A DNA stretch of 64,000 nt, taken from positions 89,838,001 to 89,902,000 of the forward strand of contig JAGIQG010000004.1 in NCBI GenBank assembly GCA_024679065.1, given 5' to 3'. Below the pieces are notes generated by a model. It searched no databases. It had not been told where the DNA came from and saw nothing but the letters and a program-made list of their open reading frames with translations. Made by a program: the position numbers and the translations under genes. Positions 1 through 13,079 of the stretch are shown one piece after another (within the stretch, counting starts at the first letter, position 1; each line of letters opens with the position of its first letter). The stretch is from Sphyrna mokarran. Lineage: Eukaryota.

Positions 1-96
1 ATTTTTCTTAATAAGTAAGATCATTTATTAATTAAACTTCAGAGAAGATCTTTTCACTGCACCATATTTTCTCCATTCTGAGGTTACAATCCCTGT

Positions 97-397
97 ACGG
101 TGAAACGGTAGCAAGCACTGCTGATTTAAATCATCAAGGACCTGGGTTCAAATCCAGCTTCGGGTCACTGACTGTGCGGAATTTGCACATTCTCTCTGCG
201 TCTGCATGGATTTCCTTCAAGTATTCTGCTTTTCTCCCCTATTCTAAAGATGTGCAGGTTAGCTTTAGTGGTTATGATAAATCGCCCTTTAGTGTCAGGG
301 AGTTTAGCAGGGTAAACACATGGGATTATGGGATAAGGCCTGAGTGGAACTGTTGGTGCAGGCTCAATGGGTTAAATGGCTTCTTTTTACACTGTAA
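97..397 (+). mobile_element. HE1-like tRNA-derived SINE, CR1-type tail
   Basis: tRNA-like head (gcactgct...gggttcaaatcc), central tttgcacattctc domain, tail aaatggc...actgtaa. Confidence 0.85.
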
Positions 398-550
398 AGG
401 GGGTTAGTTGGAGAGTCACCGAGCAGCACAGCAGGGGGTTTGTAGGAGAGATTTAAAACTGCAGAGTATGCCCCCATAAAAAAGCCAAAGACCTATCTTT
501 ATATCTTTATAAAAATAAATTTCTTTATAAAAATCTTTATCTTTATAAAA

Positions 551-676
551 ACAAAATACTGCAGATGCTGGTATTTGAAACAAAAACAGAAAATGCTGAA
601 AAACCTCAACAGGTTTGACAACATCTGTGGAGAGAGATTAGAGCCAACATTTTGAATCTGGATGACCCTTCAGAGC
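551..676. mobile_element. PLE-derived terminal repeat fragment
   Basis: aaaatactgcagatgctgg...aaacagaaaatgctg...ctgtggagagag...ggatgaccctt, same family as 5573, 18152 and 63560. Confidence 0.65.
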
Positions 677-1554
677 TGCATGTACAGGTATGATATGTTT
701 TACATACTATGGTTGTAGTAGCAACTGAGCTCCAGTTATTAGACAGTTAAGTCATGCCTACAGACAGAAAAAATAATGAACATTTTAAACTTCCCTCTGC
801 CAAAACTCAGTCCAGAGTGCATTGACAGAAATGCTGCTAGGAACTTGTGACTCCAAAATATCATCTTATGACTCAACAGGGGATCATGAACCATAGTGTG
901 AGAAGCTTTGCACAAATCAAAGCTAGAAAAATCTTCCAGCTTTGTTTGATTTCTCACAATATGAGAAGCTCTCATCTATATTCTGTATGGTGAATATAAA
1001 ACTGGTTGTCTTTATCTCTCTGCCTCTCATATTTTTGCAGATGGATGTGTTTGAGAGGTTCAGGGATCTCTTAGCAAAGCATGCAACCTAATCCTAAAAC
1101 GGCTTCCTACAACCTCTCATATTGTCATAAGGATGGACTTTAGAAAGGGAATCACATGAATCTTATATGCAGGCTGACATGCCAGAAAGCTATCCATTGG
1201 ATCCCCGACTCTATTGTACAATGAAATTAAATAGATAATTTGAAATATATCTGTTTACAAAATTGGATATTCCTAATACGTCCCTGTAAAACATGGAAAC
1301 AAAGGTCTTGATTTTGGCTCCTGAGGGCAGATAGTTCAAGCTTGGAAATTTCCAGAATTGCTGAACCCACTTTGGTAAACATTCTCTAAATCACAGGATG
1401 GGACAGGTATGGGATGAATTTGAGTCCACAAGCCTAGAAGGCTAGGATGAAATGGGGCTCGGGGAACACTGAGGCAAGAAATTTAGAAGGCCAACTGCTT
1501 CTTTAAGACTTTTTCCTGCCTTTTTCCTGGAATCTTAGATAGGTTCTTTTATTT

Positions 1555-1760
1555 AAGGATATCAATCTCTGTCTTTAATGCACTCAATAACCAGGCCTCC
1601 AGTTTTCTGTGGCAATAAATTCCACAGATTCACCGCCCTCTGGCTGATATAATTCCTCCTCATCTCAGTTCTAAAGGGTTATCTCTTTATTCTGAGGCAG
1701 TGCTCTCTGATCCTAGTTTACCAACTAATGGAAAGACCTTCTCCTCATCCACTCTAACAT
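1555..1760 (-). mobile_element. Decayed CR1 LINE 3' fragment
   Basis: aattccacagattcacc...cctcatctcagttctaaa matches the CR1 ORF2 C-terminus seen at 4360-4617. Confidence 0.7.
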
Positions 1761-3163
1761 AGCCTTTCAGTATTCTGTGGGGCTGCAAAGTTCTGTTTAT
1801 TCCACATTGTATCCATGGATGATAACAAATACTCTGTTTGTAAGCTGATTAATGCCAGAAATGGTTTGAAATTGAACAATTTGCTGTGAATGAGCCTCCA
1901 GGTGTATACAAAGTTCCCTTGATTAGCTTTTAACAAGACAATAAACTAGCAAATTACTACTTAATTAGTTGCACACCAGTGTTCATTAATCCTTTTCTTC
2001 AGGGGGTGGGAATCAGTGGTAAAGCATCACAATCATCCTCTTGTTGCCAACTTCTGCTTTAATTCCATCACTCGTAATGGCATTGTCAACATTGGAAGCT
2101 ACAAGATGAATCTTTGCTCCTGAGATCATAGATTATGTGTTTCTACAAAGATTATATTGTTTTCTTATTAATTGTTTATTAAAATCTCAGTACAACAATA
2201 TCTGATTTTAATAAAGCAAGTACATTATTCTTTTATAAACTATACATTTGTCCAAGAATTGCCCAATACTCTACCAGTCTAATATGGAATGACTCTGGTA
2301 TATGAGATGCATGTTTAATTAAAAACTCAGTTCAAGAACTTGCAGTTTAACAGTTCCTCCTAACCATTCCTGTAGGTGGTGTTGTGATAGGCATGTTCAA
2401 TATTACAGCTGTCACATTGTATGTGTCATACAATAATTCTTATTTTATATTAAGGGTATATCTTTCTGTGTTTGTACAGTCTTCTTTGATGTCATCTTAC
2501 TCAAAATAACATGACTTTTAAAAAAGACTTAGCAACAGATAACTCAGCTAAAGTAAGAATTTAAATTATAAAATTTTGACACATTATGGCAATACATTAC
2601 GACATTTGTAAATTGAAATGTCTTTAATGTCTCTTATTAACTCCACTTTATATTTTTGCTATCTGTGCTGATGCCCAGCCAATCTTTATCATAAATCAAA
2701 TAAACTGAGGCAAAGTAAAAGGGGCAGTCCCTTAAAAGTGGGGGTGGGGTCTCTTTTTGGGTCAAACAATTAAACCAATTCAAATTAAGGAAAATTAAAA
2801 AAGGACAGCTCCAAAAAGGAAGGGAACCACCCAAAACAAAAGATAAACTGGAAAGTAAACTTAAAACGTCAAATTAAAATGAAGATTGAAACATGTGGTG
2901 TAGAGCAGGGAGGAAATGAAGATATTTTGCCTTTGTTCTCTCCCTTCTCTGCTGTTGGTCAATGTCCTGGGTGTGCTGGAGGTGGGAGTCAGTTTCCTGC
3001 AGTACCATGAACTGTGTCCAACTCAGTAAAACAACTCAGAAACCCAAATCTCATGACTTCTTGCAAAGTGATTTTAAGGTCTTCAGAAAGATCAGTTGTC
3101 CAAGCATGGCATCCACTTAACAGAGTTGACACACAGTGAACAACTTGCCAATTGGAACAAATG

Positions 3164-3253
3164 TTACAGATGAAAAATGCCAAGGATTTGATGGTAATTA
3201 CCAGTGAAATAATTTGTTGGTTGCTTACGTTGCTTTTGGTCAGTGTTCCACTG
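3164..3253 (-). CDS. Candidate terminal coding exon, unknown gene (QWNTDQKQRKQPTNYFTGNYHQILGIFHL*)
   Basis: Acceptor ttctacaatttcccaatag|CAG, phase 0 matching the exon at 8951-9048, non-repetitive context. Confidence 0.35.
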   Translation of the reverse strand, partial: QWNTDQKQRKQPTNYFTGNYHQILGIFHL

Positions 3254-3384
3254 CTATTGGGAAATTGTAGAATATTTTGAAAGAATAAGTAACTCAATAG
3301 CTGTGTAGAAATTTCCTGGGAAAGGAGATGTCAACAACTTGTGTAACCCTGCACTGATTAACAACATGGTAGCACAGTGGTTAT

Positions 3385-3620
3385 AGCCATAGATGTTTAC
3401 AGCACGAAAACAGACTCTTCGGCTCAACTTGTCCATGCCGTCCTTTTTTTTTAAAAGCCCCTAAATTAATCCCAATTGCCAGCATTTGGCCCATTTCCCT
3501 CTATACCCATTACCCATGTTATTTTCTAAATGCTTTTTAAAAGACAAAATTGTACCCGCCTCTTCTATCACCTCTGGCAGCTTGTTCCAGGCACTCACCA
3601 TCCTCTATGTGAAAATATTT
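3385..3620 (-). mobile_element. CR1 LINE 3' end next to a SINE head fragment
   Basis: Reverse complement of the 3' ends at 21450-21690 and 43170-43390. Confidence 0.75.
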
Positions 3621-3904
3621 ATAATAAATTTGAAGCTCAGAAACAGACCAATCAGTCAAACTGGCTAATTTCAGCGTTTCTGCTCCATATTATTTTATTA
3701 AATGTATCAGGATACACCTCAATTCTTTTTCTCCTTCATCTGTTTAAATACATCCAAATTCATCATTTCACTTTTTCCATATGGTGTAATGTTAAATTCT
3801 TGAGATAAAGAAATTTCTCCTGAATTCCTTATAGGATGTGTACCTTATATTTAAACACCTTTAGTTTTTGATTCACCTACAAGGAAAAACATCTTTTCTA
3901 CATT

Positions 3905-5350
3905 TATCATAGAATCCTCACAGTGCAAAAGGAGGCCATTCAGCCTATCAAGTTTGCATCAATTCTGCAGGATAGCATCTTGCCCAGGACCTCCTCTTAG
4001 TCCTTTCCCCGCAACCCCATGCATTTACCCCATTATTTCACCAACTGTATATATTTCGGGAATCAGGACAGTTCCTGTTAAGGAAGTGTTGTGTTTATCA
4101 ATATAGTATTATCTTAGAGGGAACAGAGAGCAAAATATTCTGACAAATTTTATGTAGCTCACGTAATAAAGTATCTGTAACAGATTTTCTAAAATGCAAA
4201 GTTTTTAGTGCAATTCATTGTTGTGGAAAAAGTACAAATACCAGTAGTTAAATTATTCATAAAGAACTAATGAACATAAGAAATAGGAGCAGGAGTAGAC
4301 CATACAGCCCCTCGAGCCTGCCCTGCCATTCAATAAGATCATGGCTGATCTGTAGTGGTTCAGTACCACTTTCCCACTTCCTCCCCGTAACCCTTAATTC
4401 CCTTGTCAATCAAAAACCTATCCACTCTTGACTTGAACATATTCGGTGAGGAAGCCTCCACCACCTCATCAGGCAGAGAATTCCAAAGATTCACCACCCT
4501 CTGCATGAAGAAACCCCTCCGCAACTCCGATCTGAACCGCACCCCCCCTAATCTTGAGGCTGTGCCCTCTAGTCCTGCTATCTTTGTTAAGCGGGAAGAG
4601 TCTCTCAACCTCTTCATTATCCATCCCCTTCCTTATCTTATACGTTTCTATAAGATCCCCTCTCAGCCTTCTAAACTCCAAAGAGTACAAACCTAGCCTA
4701 TTCAGTCTCTCCTCATATTCCAACGCCCTCATCTCTGGTATCAGCCTCGTAAACCTTCTCTGCACCCCCTCCAAGGCCAATATATCCTTCCTCGAATGCG
4801 GCGACCAAAACTGCACACAGTATTCCAGCTGCGGCATCACCAGTACCCTATACAGCTGCAACAGAACCTCCCCACTTTTATATTCTGTCCCCCTAGCTAT
4901 AAAGGCCAACATTCCATTAGCCAACAGAAGTTGTCAGGAAGTTAACAAATATGATCAACAAGATTAAAAAGCAGCAATGCAGGTTACCAAGGCCAAACGT
5001 TGCACTGAGAACCATTTTGCAGAGGAATCGAATTGAAAAACAGAGAACAGAAAATGCTGGGGAAAGTCAGCAGGTCTGACAGAACCTGTGGAGAGAGAAT
5101 AGAGCCAACATTTCAAGTCTGGATTATCCACACTTGAAAGATTTGCTCTGTTCTCTCTCCACAGATGCTGTCAGATCTGTCAGCATGGTCAATCCACCTA
5201 ACCTTTGTTTTGTGCTCCCACATCACTGTTCAGTGGGAGCAAATCAGAACATCCAGAGGAAACCCACACAGGTACAGGGAGAATTTGCAAAGTTCATACA
5301 GACAGCAACCTAAGGCCAGAATCGAACTCAGATTCCTGACACTGTGAAAC
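3905..5350 (-). mobile_element. HE1-like SINE split into 3905-4073 and 5182-5350
   Basis: The halves join as ...ggacagtt|agcatggtcaatccacctaacc..., like gggcaatttt-agcatggccaat in other copies (e.g. near 42612). Confidence 0.7.
4268..4922 (-). mobile_element. Young 5'-truncated CR1/HER1-like LINE
   Basis: ORFs 4469-4924 (LEYCVQFWSP, LRGDLIETYKI) and 4360-4617 offset by one frameshift at a C run, with 3' UTR and tail. Confidence 0.93.
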
Positions 5351-5572
5351 CCCGTCAACATTTTAAAGATATCTATTTAAGCTGCTCTTCAATCCTAACA
5401 TTTCCACAGAAATTAATCTCACTCTATGTGGATAGTTACAACTTTTCAGATCTGGTATCAGTTTTGTAATTCTTTTTGCACCTTTAATTTTTTTTATAAA
5501 TAGAAACCAGGACTATGTACAATGCAGTCTAACTAAGTTCTATACAAGTTTAACGCAATCTTTGTTTCTGAT

Positions 5573-5780
5573 AAAGGCAAAATATTGCGGATGCTGGAAT
5601 CTGAAACAAAAACAGAAAATGCCATGAAACTCAGCAGATCTGGCAGCATCTGCGGAGAGACAACAGAGCAAATGTTTTGAGTGTGGATAATCCAGACTTG
5701 AAATGTTGGCTCTATTCTCTCTCCAGAGATTCTGTTAGACCTGCTGCCTTTCCCCAGCATTTTCTGTTCTGTTTTTCAAT
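5573..5780. mobile_element. Foldback PLE-derived element (two inverted ends), partly copied at 5035-5181
   Basis: Self-complementary around tggataatcca (~5685-5693). Confidence 0.7.
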
Positions 5781-7179
5781 TTGATTCCTCTACAAAATGG
5801 TTGTCTGTGTACTGTTTGCATTTTTATGATCTTGGTAACCTGCATTGCTGCTTTTTAATCTTGTTAGTCATATTTGTTAACTTCCTGGCAACTTCTGACA
5901 GAACTTCTTTATGAATAATTTAACTACTGGTATTTATACTTTTTCCACAAAGCAGATACTACAATGAATTGCACTAAATTTTGCATTTTAGAAAATCTGT
6001 TACAAATACTTTGTTACATGAACTACACAAAATTTGTCAGAATATTTTGCTCTCCGTTTCCTCTAAGGTAATATTATATTAGTAAACAGGACATTTCCTT
6101 AACAGCAGCCAACTGAATAAAGTGGGAAGTGACTGTAATTGTTGTTCAGCTGTTCCATTTAGCATCATTTGAATGCATATACTTACATAAATTAATATCA
6201 AAGTACCCAAAGGACCAATTTCTGAATTCTCAATAATTTGATTAATATTCCTCGTGAGCAAGCATAGGCAAATTTATTAGGCCTTTGTAACCTTTAAGAC
6301 TTATCTTCAACTCTACTAAAAAGCATTGATTCTCAATCTTGGGGTTCTCTGCTGATTCAAACCTGTTTTCATGCAAAAGACACAAGGAGCAACCTTTAAC
6401 TGAATACAAATAGATTCAAGCTGGCCTGAAAGTGATAAACTGCATCACAGCCTAAATGTTCAGAAACGAGAACTAAACAAGATTACAGCCTTTTTTTATG
6501 GTGACAGCATTCTTATTTCACCTTCATCCTGTTAGACATGAAGATACATTGCTGGATGATCGAGTGTTATATCCTGAAATATTTTGAGAGGATTCATTTC
6601 TGGAAGAGTGATCAATTCAGTCCCTGTTTAAAGTCCTGTATTCTACTTTAGGTTTTATAAAGTACTTTGATATTTCTCACAGTTAAATAGCAAGCATATG
6701 GCAATTGAGAAGCAGAGAAAGAATTGATTGGAGTATGACTTTCTCTGTGGTAATAGAGATGAACTCAAAAAAAAAATTGAGGTAGATGAGCATGGTCTTT
6801 AAAGTTTAGATTGGTAGTTCCATTTTAAACTCATGCAGATGTAAGTTTTTTTAATGGTAGATAGCTAGATGTGCTTTTTATATACTTTTGGAAAAGCATT
6901 TGATAAGATTTAATTTTAAGGAAAAATAAAGTACTAATATGATTAATTACAAAATAATGCATGATCTAAACTGACTTGCTACCAACATTGATTAATAAGT
7001 ACAAACAGAGACAGAGTAAATACAGTTTAGATCAGTGTTCTATAACCTTTAACATTTCAAATGTGTTAATTCAATAGGGCTATTATTTATTTTATTAATG
7101 GTTGATCTTTTGTTTGACATTCAGAAGGCTGGATACTGATCTTTCTTGTTAGCTTTAGGATTTAGTGCAAACCTGTAAC

Positions 7180-7530
7180 TGGATTATTTGAAATGGGTAT
7201 TGGCCACAGAAGAACTCCTAACATTTCTGAAATTCAGTTGTCCACCTGTTCTTTTATAAATAGGGGTTAAAGTTATTTACTCTGAGGAAAGTGAGATAGA
7301 CTGTTCCAAAGGAATTGACCTAAGACCATTGGAGTTCATCATTTGTGTATATGATTTGGACTCTGAAATCAGAAGTCTAATTTCAAAATGTATAAATGGC
7401 AACAAGGTCAAGAGACTAGTTAATAGTGAAGGTGATTTTCACAAACTATAAGAAGACAATAATAAACTTGGAGAATAGATGGATTAAAAAATAAAACTAT
7501 TCTAATGTGGATCAGTGAAAAAACATTTTG
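7180..7530 (+). mobile_element. Highly decayed CR1 RT fragment
   Basis: Remnants of the FIxYIxDL and SKxxDxTK regions. Confidence 0.55.
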
Positions 7531-7879
7531 TGTGTGCGAGAGGGCCTATATACTTTTGCACATGCTTATCCTTGTGGGTGGTCACGTGTTACTTTTACTG
7601 GCACTTAGTAAAATATTAGTAACAAGCTGAATATTCCAGTCAGAACTCCTGTGCTCAAGCCACTCCCCTTCTCGTGAGCGCACTTCATGCACTGGATTTT
7701 GAACTGTTCTGCGTAAAACAAAAATTCAGTGTCTCACTATAATTAGACCCCAGAACAAGGCTTCCAAAAGAGAGTTGTGAAGAAATCTGAATAGTTTCTG
7801 TATACTTTGCATTATAGCTTCCACAGGGTGCAAAAGACTTTTATTCATTGGCAAGAAGTGAACTTTGATGGCTAGACCA

Positions 7880-8460
7880 GCCTTTTTTACCCATAACTAA
7901 TTACTCTTGGCAAAGTGCTGGTGAGCTGTATTCTTGAATTGCTGCAGTTCACGTGGTGTAGGTACAACCACGGTGCTGTTAGGGAAAGAGTTCCAAGATT
8001 TTGACCCAGTGACAAGGAAGGAATGGTAATATAGTTTCAAATGATGGTGAGTAACTTGGAGGGAAATGACCAGGTGTTCCCATATGTATATTGTCCTTGA
8101 CTTTCTAGATGATAGTGGTTGTAGGTTTAGAAGCTGTTGCCAAAGGAGCAGTGGTGAGTTCCTGTAATGCATCTTGTAGATGGTACACATTGCTGCCACT
8201 GTGTGTCTGTATTAGAAGGAGTGAATTTTTGCGGAAGGGATGTCAACTAGGTGGGCTTCTTTGTCCTGAATTGTATCAAGCTTCTTAATTGTTATTAGAG
8301 GCAAGTGGAAAATATTCCATCACATTCTTGTCTTGTTCTTCGTAGATGGTGAACAGGACTCAAGCCATAGTATTGATATGGCTGGTCCAGTTCAGTTTCT
8401 GGTTAATGGTAACACCAGGATATTGATGATGAGGGATTCAATGATGATAATGTTATTGTA
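7880..8460 (-). mobile_element. Non-LTR retrotransposon 3' region (clade unresolved)
   Basis: AAMCTIYKMHYRNSP...GSKSWNSFPNS, with a related copy at 13080-13400. Confidence 0.7.
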
Positions 8461-8580
8461 TATCCAGATTTACATTGCATCCATATGTATTGTCATGTAT
8501 ATCAAGTTGATGTTCTTACTGCTGCTGTTCTCACTTACTTTACTGAACTTCTCATGTATTTGTACCTGGGACAAATGGCC

Positions 8581-8685
8581 ATGATATGGAAATGCTGGCA
8601 TTGGACTGGAGTTGGCACAGTAAGAAGACTCTCAACACCAGGTTGAAGTCCTTTATTTGGTAGCACGAGCTTTTTGAGCTTCTTA
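8581..8685. mobile_element. PLE terminal fragment, second family
   Basis: Homologous to 23070-23180 (gactgg...gtaagaag...caccaggtt). Confidence 0.6.
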
Positions 8686-8950
8686 CCGGGAGAAATAGAG
8701 CTAGGATATTTAATTTATTCAGCTTATAACAACCAGTCATTTGCTTGGAGTCCTACTTTAATTGATGGAATGTGAACACTTCCAAGGGAGCTTCATTTCA
8801 TTGCTGCATTAGTTGCAACTTCAAGCCTGTCTTACTCACAGCTCCTAATGCATACAATTTGTTAACCAAAAAAAGAGATAATTCCTCAAAGCAACAACTT
8901 GTGAATTCCCCTTTAGTGTTTTGCAACAGCTTGTTTAAAGAGCTGCTCAC

Positions 8951-9048
8951 TTGCGTAATTTCGAGTCTCCCACTGTACAACAGATGGACGAGCTTCACTT
9001 CCCTCACAGAGAGCATATTCAATTTAAGCAAATGAGATTGTGTCAGAG
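8951..9048 (-). CDS. Candidate internal exon (LTQSHLLKLNMLSVREVKLVHLLYSGRLEITQ)
   Basis: Acceptor gattgtttcataag|, donor CAA|gtgagc, only one open frame, phase 1 to 0. Confidence 0.4.
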
Positions 9049-9488
9049 CTTATGAAACAATCAGACAGAATGTGGTTCAGAACAGAATTTAGGAAAAGTC
9101 ACCAAAAGGTTGCCGTTTTCAGTCTTCTAGGTTAAATTTCCAATTTTCTGATAGAATAAACACATTTGTTTACTCAAGCTATAACACCTGCACCTGTTAC
9201 GTTATTCCAGTATAATTCAAGAATTATATGTTCGTACATATGTAAGTAATTAGAATGCCACCTCACTCATGGCTGCATTTCAGTCTGCGTATTGATCTAA
9301 TGATGTATCAGCACACAGTAGATGTGTGATCTGAAGAATATATCTGAAGAAACTCTAGCATTTAAGTTAGAAACTTCTGAAAAATACCAAAACAGAACAC
9401 TTAAATCTTTATGAAACGCAAAGCAGTAGTTACAATTCATGTAAAACTGAATTAATTTATCCAATGCTTCTCCAAGGACACGACAGAC

Positions 9489-9533
9489 CTCTCACTGTTA
9501 TTGATTCTTCAGGTGCAGCTTCATCTTTAAACT
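9489..9533 (-). CDS. Candidate 45-nt exon (xFKDEAAPEESITVR)
   Basis: Acceptor cttttttcatacatggcag|, donor AGAG|gtctgt, phase 1-1 fits the next exon. Confidence 0.3.
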
Positions 9534-9802
9534 CTGCCATGTATGAAAAAAGAGTAATTATGGAACACTCAGGGAGCTGTCAACTTCCACAATAAAATGC
9601 TGTGATTGATACAAAGAACAAAGAAAATTACAGCACAGGAACAAGAATATTTGCTGCTGGCTCTCAAAATCAATCAAATCATTTCACATTCTATTATAAT
9701 AAGGGACATACTACTCCGATTATAATTACCCTATTAAGTACCTATTTGACTGAAATTGAAATAACTAATTCAATTGTCCAAATCTTCTATATGTGAATAT
9801 AC

Positions 9803-11590
9803 AAAATAGGAGCAGGTGCCAGCCATTAGGCCCCGTGAGCCTGCTCTGTCATTAATAAGGTCATGGCTAATCTGTTTGTGATGCTCCATATTCAGTCTAG
9901 CCCCTGATAAATTTTAATTCTCTTGCCCAACAAGAATCTACCTCTGTCTTAAAAATATCCAATAACCCTTTTCCACCATCTTCTGAGGCAGAGTTCCAAA
10001 GTCACACAATCTTCTGAAAGAAAAGCATTCCCGTTATCTCTGTCCTAAAAGGGCAACCCCAAATTTTTATTTTGGACTCAACAACAAGAGGAAACATTCT
10101 TTCAATATTCACCATAGTTACCTCTCGCTCTTCTAATTGATGAAAACAAATCAATCTGTCTGTCCTTCCCTCAATAGACAGTTTATTCTTTTCAGGTATC
10201 AATCTAGTAAACTGTCTCTGAACCACCTCCAATGCACTTACATCCTCCCTTATATAAGGAGACCAAAACTGCACACATTATTCGAGATTTGGTCTCACCA
10301 GAATCCTATATAATTGAAGCATAATACCCTCACTTTTTATATTCAATTCCTCGCATAATAAAAGATAGCATTCCATTCACCTTCTTAATTTCTTGCTGTT
10401 TGTGTACAATAACTTTTTGTGACGCATACCCTAGAACACCTTGATTCCTCTGTGCCTTAGAATTCTGCAATCGTTTTCCATTTAAGTAATACTGTTTTTT
10501 TCAGTCTCCAGGTCAAAGGGAACAATGTCACATTTTCCCACATAATATATCATCTGCCAGATTTTTGCCCATTCACTCAACCTATCTATATCTATCTGCA
10601 ACCTCCTTGTATCTACCTCACACCCTATGTTTCTCCACATATCTGTGAGTCATCTGCACATTTAGCAACCATTCCTTCACTTCCAACATCTAAGTCATTG
10701 ATATAAATTTTAAAAGGTTGAGACCTCAACATAGATCCCAATGGGATCTCACTTGTCACATTCTGCCAATCCAAAAAAGATCCATTATGTATACTCTCTG
10801 TTTCCTGCCAGCTAGCCAATCATCTATCCATGCTAATAAGTTACTTTTTAAACCAAGAGTTTCTATTTTCTGCAATAACCTTTAATGTGACAATTATCAA
10901 ATACTTTCTGGAAATCCAAATGCAGTACATCTACAGGCTCTCCTTTATCCATTACACATACTACTCCATCAAAGAACTTCAATAAATTGGTTAAACATGA
11001 TTACCCTTTCATAGAACCATACTGACCCTTCCCTTTCACCTTCAGTTTATCAAAGTGCTCAGTTATAATCCCTTTAATGATTGCTTTCCCACAGCAAATG
11101 TCAAATTCACTGACCTACAGTTTGCTATTTTCTGCCTCCCTCTGTTCTTGATACAGGTGATTTTTTTTTTGTTATTTTCCAGCCTGAAGGAGCCTTTTCA
11201 GAATCTGGCAAATTTTGGAAAATTAACAATAATGCATCGACTACCTCAGCAATTACCTCTTTTAAAACCCTAGGATGAAGTCCATCAAGGCCAAAGACTT
11301 ATCAGCTCACAGCTCCAGCAGGTTTGATCACTACTGCTTCCCTAGCGATGGTAATTTCATCAAGTTCCCCTCTCCTCCCCCCTCCTGATTTATAGATATT
11401 ACTGGAATGTTTCTTGTCAACTTTCTCATGAAGACAGAAACAAAGTATTTGTTTATTATGTCCACCATTTTCTTATTATCTACTATTTACTCCCCATTCT
11501 CATTTTACTCATTTTCTTTTTAAATTTCTTTCAAAACACTTGCTCTCCATTTTCATATTTCTAGCTAGCTTTCGCTCTGTTATATATTTC
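9803..11590 (-). mobile_element. Old CR1 LINE (RT to 3' end)
   Basis: QFWSPYIREDV and YINDLD...KCADDS fragments with many stops. Confidence 0.88.
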
Positions 11591-11659
11591 AGGCTGTTGT
11601 TGTGTTTTGCCCTTTAAGAGTTTAGTCACGCGTATAGTTCATGATATTATTGACTATAA

Positions 11660-12310
11660 TTGATTTGATTTATTATTGTCACATGTATTTGTATACAGTC
11701 AAAAGGATTGTTTCTTGTGCACTATATTAGACAAAGCATACTGTACATAGAGAAGGAAGGGAGAGGGTGCAGAATGTAGTGTTATAGTCATAGCTATAGT
11801 GTAGCGAAAGATTAACTCAATATATGCTAGGTCCATTCAAAAGTCTGATGATAGTAGAGAAGAAACTGTTGTTGAGTTGGTTGGTATGTGACCTTAGACT
11901 TTTGTATATTTTTCCTGATGTAAGAAGGTGGAACAGACCATGTCTAGGGTATGTGGGAGATCCTTGATTATGCTGATTGCTTTTCCAAGGGAGTGGGAAA
12001 TGTAGACAGAGCCAATGGTTTGGAAGTTGATTTGCATGATGGACTGGGCTTCGTTCATGACCCTTTGTAGTTTCTCAGACGGACCAAGAGCCATACCAAA
12101 CTGTTTTACAACCAGAAAGAATGCTTTTTATGATGCATCTGTAAAAGTTGGTGAGAGTTGTTGCAGATGTGCAAAATTTCCTTAGCCTCCTGAGAAAATA
12201 GAGGCATTGGTGAGCTTTATTAACCATAGCATCAGTATGGAAGCACCAGGACAGGTTGCTTGTGATCTGAATACCTAGAAATGTGAAACTCTCAACCATT
12301 TTCACTTTGT
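11660..12310 (-). mobile_element. Rex1/Babar-like LINE 3' part
   Basis: VESFTFLG...KAHQCLYFLRRLRKF...LTNFYRC, (ATCAA)n tail. Confidence 0.85.
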
Positions 12311-13079
12311 TCACAGCTCAAGAGTTTGAAGGTCATCTGAATATGAGTGGTATCCAACACATAAAATCAGCACCTTACCATAGATCAATAAATGGATTAG
12401 CTGAACAATATGTCCAAGATGGAAACATTCACTGAAACCTCTAAGGACAAAGGGTTCATTCAATAGCCATCTAAACAATTTATTGGTAATGCATTGCAAT
12501 ACCACATGTGACCACTTGACGCTTATCACTACTGAAGAGGAAGCCAAAAACTACATTTAATCTACTGTTATCACAGGAGACATCTAAGATAGTAGAACAC
12601 AATCAACAGTTGTAAATCCTAACAAGAGAAGGTGATTCCAAATGACACCACTTTCAACAAAGGAAGCTGCAATACTACTAATGAAAAGTCGATATTAGCT
12701 CAAACTGGCCCTATTTCCTATACAGTACAAACTAAAGATGAACTAGTGTAGAGATGACACATGGATTGGTTGTTGGCTACATTCTTCAATGTGCCAATAC
12801 CATGTATACCAGAACTGCTTCTGGATGAATCATCGACCAAATTATCTGAAATTGTGGCTGAGATTTTGGGTCAATCAGCAGAAACCGGGATTGCTAACGA
12901 TTTCCTCGCTGCTGCTAGTTTTCCCTCTGCAAAAAAGATTGTTACACCTTCCAGAGGAGAAATATCCTCTGAAGAACTGGCAAATGCCTCTAAATGGTTA
13001 GCTCTGCTGCCTCAAGCTCCAGGACCCCAGGTTCAATTCCAGCCTTAGGTAACTGAATGTGTGGAGCATTGCAGCACTC

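Larger units (their letters stand above)
4074..6106. repeat. Long inverted duplication: arm A 4074-5181 (LINE-interrupted), arm B ~5630-6106
   Basis: 4130-4262 is the reverse complement of 5905-6055, and 4925-5180 of 5635-5900. Confidence 0.93.

Noticed and set aside
1041-1091. Strong plus-strand acceptor followed by MDVFERFRDLLAKHAT*
   Set aside because: Could be a terminal exon, but it is too short and has no upstream partner in the window.
4403-4967. Plus-strand ORFs of 97 and 137 aa (and similar ORFs at 26509-26848 and 24479-24850)
   Set aside because: Antisense shadows of LINE ORF2.
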